This document shows positions 58,595-64,000 of a stretch of DNA of 64,000 nt, piece after piece. The first letter of the stretch is position 1. Each line of letters starts with the position of its first letter. Below the pieces are notes generated by a model, which saw only the letters and a list, made by a program, of their open reading frames with translations, was not told the origin of the DNA and searched no databases. Position numbers and translations under genes: made by a program. Location of the stretch: NCBI GenBank assembly GCA_965214705.1, contig OZ243972.1, forward strand, positions 3,840,001 through 3,904,000, in the 5' to 3' direction. This DNA comes from Alphaproteobacteria bacterium. GTDB lineage: Bacteria; Pseudomonadota; Alphaproteobacteria; UBA828.

Positions 58595-59896
58595 ATGGCG
58601 ATGGATTTGATCGTGCGCGGCGCCAATCTGCCCGATGGGCGGGTCGGCGTGGACATCGGCGTGCAGGACGGGCGCATTGTCGCCGTGGAGCCGGCGCTGG
58701 AGGCCGAGGCAGGTCAGGAGATCGACGCCACGGATCGGCTGGTCTCGCCGCCCTTCATCGACGCTCACTTCCACATGGATGCGACGCTGGCGCGCGCCCT
58801 GACCGATGCCCTGCCGCGGCCCGATCAATCCGGCCTCCTCTTCGAGGGCATCTACCTGTGGGATGAGCTGAAGAAGCAGTTGACCCCGGAGGCGGTTGCC
58901 GAGCGGGCGATGACCTATTGCGACATGGCCATCGCCCAGGGAATCCAGGCGATCCGCAGCCATGTGGACGTCTGCGACCCAAGGTTGACGGGGGTCGAGG
59001 CGCTGCTGGAGGTCAGGCGCCGGGTCGCGCCGTACATCGACCTGCAGCTCATCGCCTTCCCGCAGATGGGCTACTACCGCTACGCAGGCGCGCAGGATCT
59101 CCTGCGACGGGCGCTCGACATGGGCGTCGAGGTGGTCGGCGGCATCCCGCATTTCGAGCGCTCGATGGCCGAGGGCACTGAGTCGGTGACCGAGCTCATG
59201 GAGATTGCGGCAGAGCGCGGGCTGCTGGTGGACATGCACTGCGACGAGACCGACGATCCCATGTCGCGCCACATCGAGACGCTGGCGAGGGAGACCCGCC
59301 GCCTCGGCCTGCAGGGGCGGGTGACGGCCTCGCATCTGGCCTCCATGCACGTCATGGACAACTACTACGTCAGCAAGCTGATCCCGCTGATCGCGGAATC
59401 GGAGATTAGCGTGACCCCCAATCCTCTCACCAACATCGCGGCGTGGGGACACAACAACGGCAGCTACCCGAAGTGGCGCGGCATGACGCGCGTGCCGGAG
59501 CTGAGAGAGGCCGGCATCACGCTTGCCTTCGGTCAGGATTGCGTGATGGACCCCTGGTACGTCTACGGCTGCGCCGACATGCTGGAGGTCGCGCACATGG
59601 GCTCGCACGTGGCGGCCATGTTCGGGGCCGAAGAGGTGCGGGCCTGCTTCGACGCGATCACCGTGAACCCCGCCAGGATGATGCAGCTTGAGGGCTACGG
59701 GCTGGAGCCCGGCTGCCATGCCGACATGGTCGTGCTCCAGGCCGCGGACCCGCTTGAGGCGATCCGGCTCAGGGCAACACGGCTCGCGGTGATCCGGCGC
59801 GGCGAGGTGGTGGCGCGCACGCCTGCGGCCGTGACGGAACTTTCCGTGCCGGGGCGGCCGAACACCGTGGAACTGACCTACAAGCCGGGCGACTAG
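58595..59896 (+). CDS. codA: Cytosine/creatinine deaminase (CodA-like amidohydrolase)
   Basis: IDAHFHMD, RSHVD, VVGGIPHFE, DMHCDE, ASH, GQDCVMDPW. Confidence 0.85.
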   Translation: MAMDLIVRGANLPDGRVGVDIGVQDGRIVAVEPALEAEAGQEIDATDRLVSPPFIDAHFHMDATLARALTDALPRPDQSGLLFEGIYLWDELKKQLTPEAVAERAMTYCDMAIAQGIQAIRSHVDVCDPRLTGVEALLEVRRRVAPYIDLQLIAFPQMGYYRYAGAQDLLRRALDMGVEVVGGIPHFERSMAEGTESVTELMEIAAERGLLVDMHCDETDDPMSRHIETLARETRRLGLQGRVTASHLASMHVMDNYYVSKLIPLIAESEISVTPNPLTNIAAWGHNNGSYPKWRGMTRVPELREAGITLAFGQDCVMDPWYVYGCADMLEVAHMGSHVAAMFGAEEVRACFDAITVNPARMMQLEGYGLEPGCHADMVVLQAADPLEAIRLRATRLAVIRRGEVVARTPAAVTELSVPGRPNTVELTYKPGD

Positions 59897-59932
59897 GGCA
59901 GCGGCCGACGCGCGGCCCCTAGGGGTGGCCGG

Positions 59933-59982
59933 CATCCCGGCATGTCCCGCTTTGTCCCGCCTTGTCTCGCTTCGCCCCGGTG
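59933..59982 (+). repeat. 10-bp phased tandem repeat (5 units)
   Basis: catcccggca tgtcccgctt tgtcccgcct tgtctcgctt cgccccggtg. Confidence 0.65.
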
Positions 59983-60061
59983 CGGCGCCCGATAATGGTG
60001 TACACAAGGGGGAGATGGGCGGCCGGCAGCGGCGGCCACGAGAACGGGAAAGGACGGAGCG

Positions 60062-60841
60062 ATGTTGGGCAAGGTGGAGAGCGTCTGGCGCTATCCCGTG
60101 AAGAGCATGCGGGGCGAGGAGGTCGACGAGATCTTCGTGGCCTTCACCGGGCTGATGGGCGACCGGGTCTATGCGATCGCGTCCGACGCCGCCGACCCGG
60201 CGTTCCCCTGGCACACCGCGCGGGAGCAGGAGGACCTGGTGCTCTACCAGGCGCGCTTCAAGCAGCGCGATGGCACGCTCAAGCCCGACAACATGGAACA
60301 GGCGATGGGCCATCCCGCCAACATCCACGCGCCGTTCCCGGAGGCAGATGCCTTCGCCGTGGAGGTCGAGCGGCCCGACGGCTCGGTCGTGGACATCGAG
60401 GACCCGGCCTTCCTGGACGGGATCAAGGACCGGTCCAAGGGCGCGCTCTCGCTGCGCTTCACCCAGCGGAGCCTGGTAGATTGCCGCCCGATCACGCTGT
60501 TCTCGCTCCAGACCGTGGGCCAGCTTGCTGAGGAGACCGGCATCGACGTTCACAAGCTGCAGTTCCGCTCCAACCTCTACGTCGACTGGGCGGAGCAGGG
60601 CGGCTTCTACGAGGACGAGCTGGTGGGCAAGCGGGTCGCGGTGGGCGACGCGGTGGAACTGATGGTCGTGGAGCGCGACCCGCGCTGCAAGTTCATCACC
60701 ATCCACCCGGAGACCGCCGAAACCACGCCCGCGTTGCTCAAGCACGTCAACCGGACGCGGGACGGCTTCGCCGGGGTCTACGCGGCGGTGATCAAGGAAG
60801 GGCCGGTCAAGGCCGGCGACGAAATCGCGCTGGTGGACTGA
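60062..60841 (+). CDS. MOSC domain protein
   Basis: [24 protein letters not shown] (conserved Cys), GVYAAV...GD. Confidence 0.88.
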   Translation: MLGKVESVWRYPVKSMRGEEVDEIFVAFTGLMGDRVYAIASDAADPAFPWHTAREQEDLVLYQARFKQRDGTLKPDNMEQAMGHPANIHAPFPEADAFAVEVERPDGSVVDIEDPAFLDGIKDRSKGALSLRFTQRSLVDCRPITLFSLQTVGQLAEETGIDVHKLQFRSNLYVDWAEQGGFYEDELVGKRVAVGDAVELMVVERDPRCKFITIHPETAETTPALLKHVNRTRDGFAGVYAAVIKEGPVKAGDEIALVD

Positions 60842-60888
60842 GGGTGGAGGCCCGGCCGCCGTTATTTCTGTAGCGGGAGCATCGCGAC

Positions 60889-64000
<3,112 letters not shown>

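Noticed and set aside
59933-59982. CRISPR array or iteron origin
   Set aside because: Units are 10 bp, contiguous and lack spacers; no cas or rep gene nearby.

Overview
High-GC (roughly two-thirds G+C, estimated by eye) bacterial chromosome segment, probably alphaproteobacterial (DUF1491, DUF192, recG, AmpG-like MFS; inference). It is dominated by small-molecule uptake and catabolism genes. These include three ABC importers (Liv-, Rbs- and Pot-type), three hydantoinase/oxoprolinase systems in three architectures, three IPNS-family and one PhyH-family 2OG-Fe(II) oxygenases, two CE4 deacetylases, two class-III aminotransferases and two CaiB CoA-transferases. A C45 Ntn-hydrolase, a Rieske oxygenase and a CodA-like deaminase are also present. 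No dedicated transcription regulator gene was found. Three toxin-antitoxin modules are present (VapBC/FitAB, HigBA-like, MNT-HEPN). The most notable feature is a complete 2348-bp IS4/IS50-like element (15639-17986, 9-bp TSD ACCCAGGGC). Its transposase carries an extra N-terminal DUF4338/DruA-like, possibly GNAT/Mom-like domain, and it has inserted into the last codons of a tautomerase gene. Non-coding signals include a duplicated 41-bp promoter-like element bracketing hyuB-hyuA, 10-bp-phased intergenic repeats at four loci, and a relic copy of the hyuB 3' end beyond a lower-GC insert. No rRNA, tRNA or CRISPR array was seen. All family calls come from motif recognition, not database searches.
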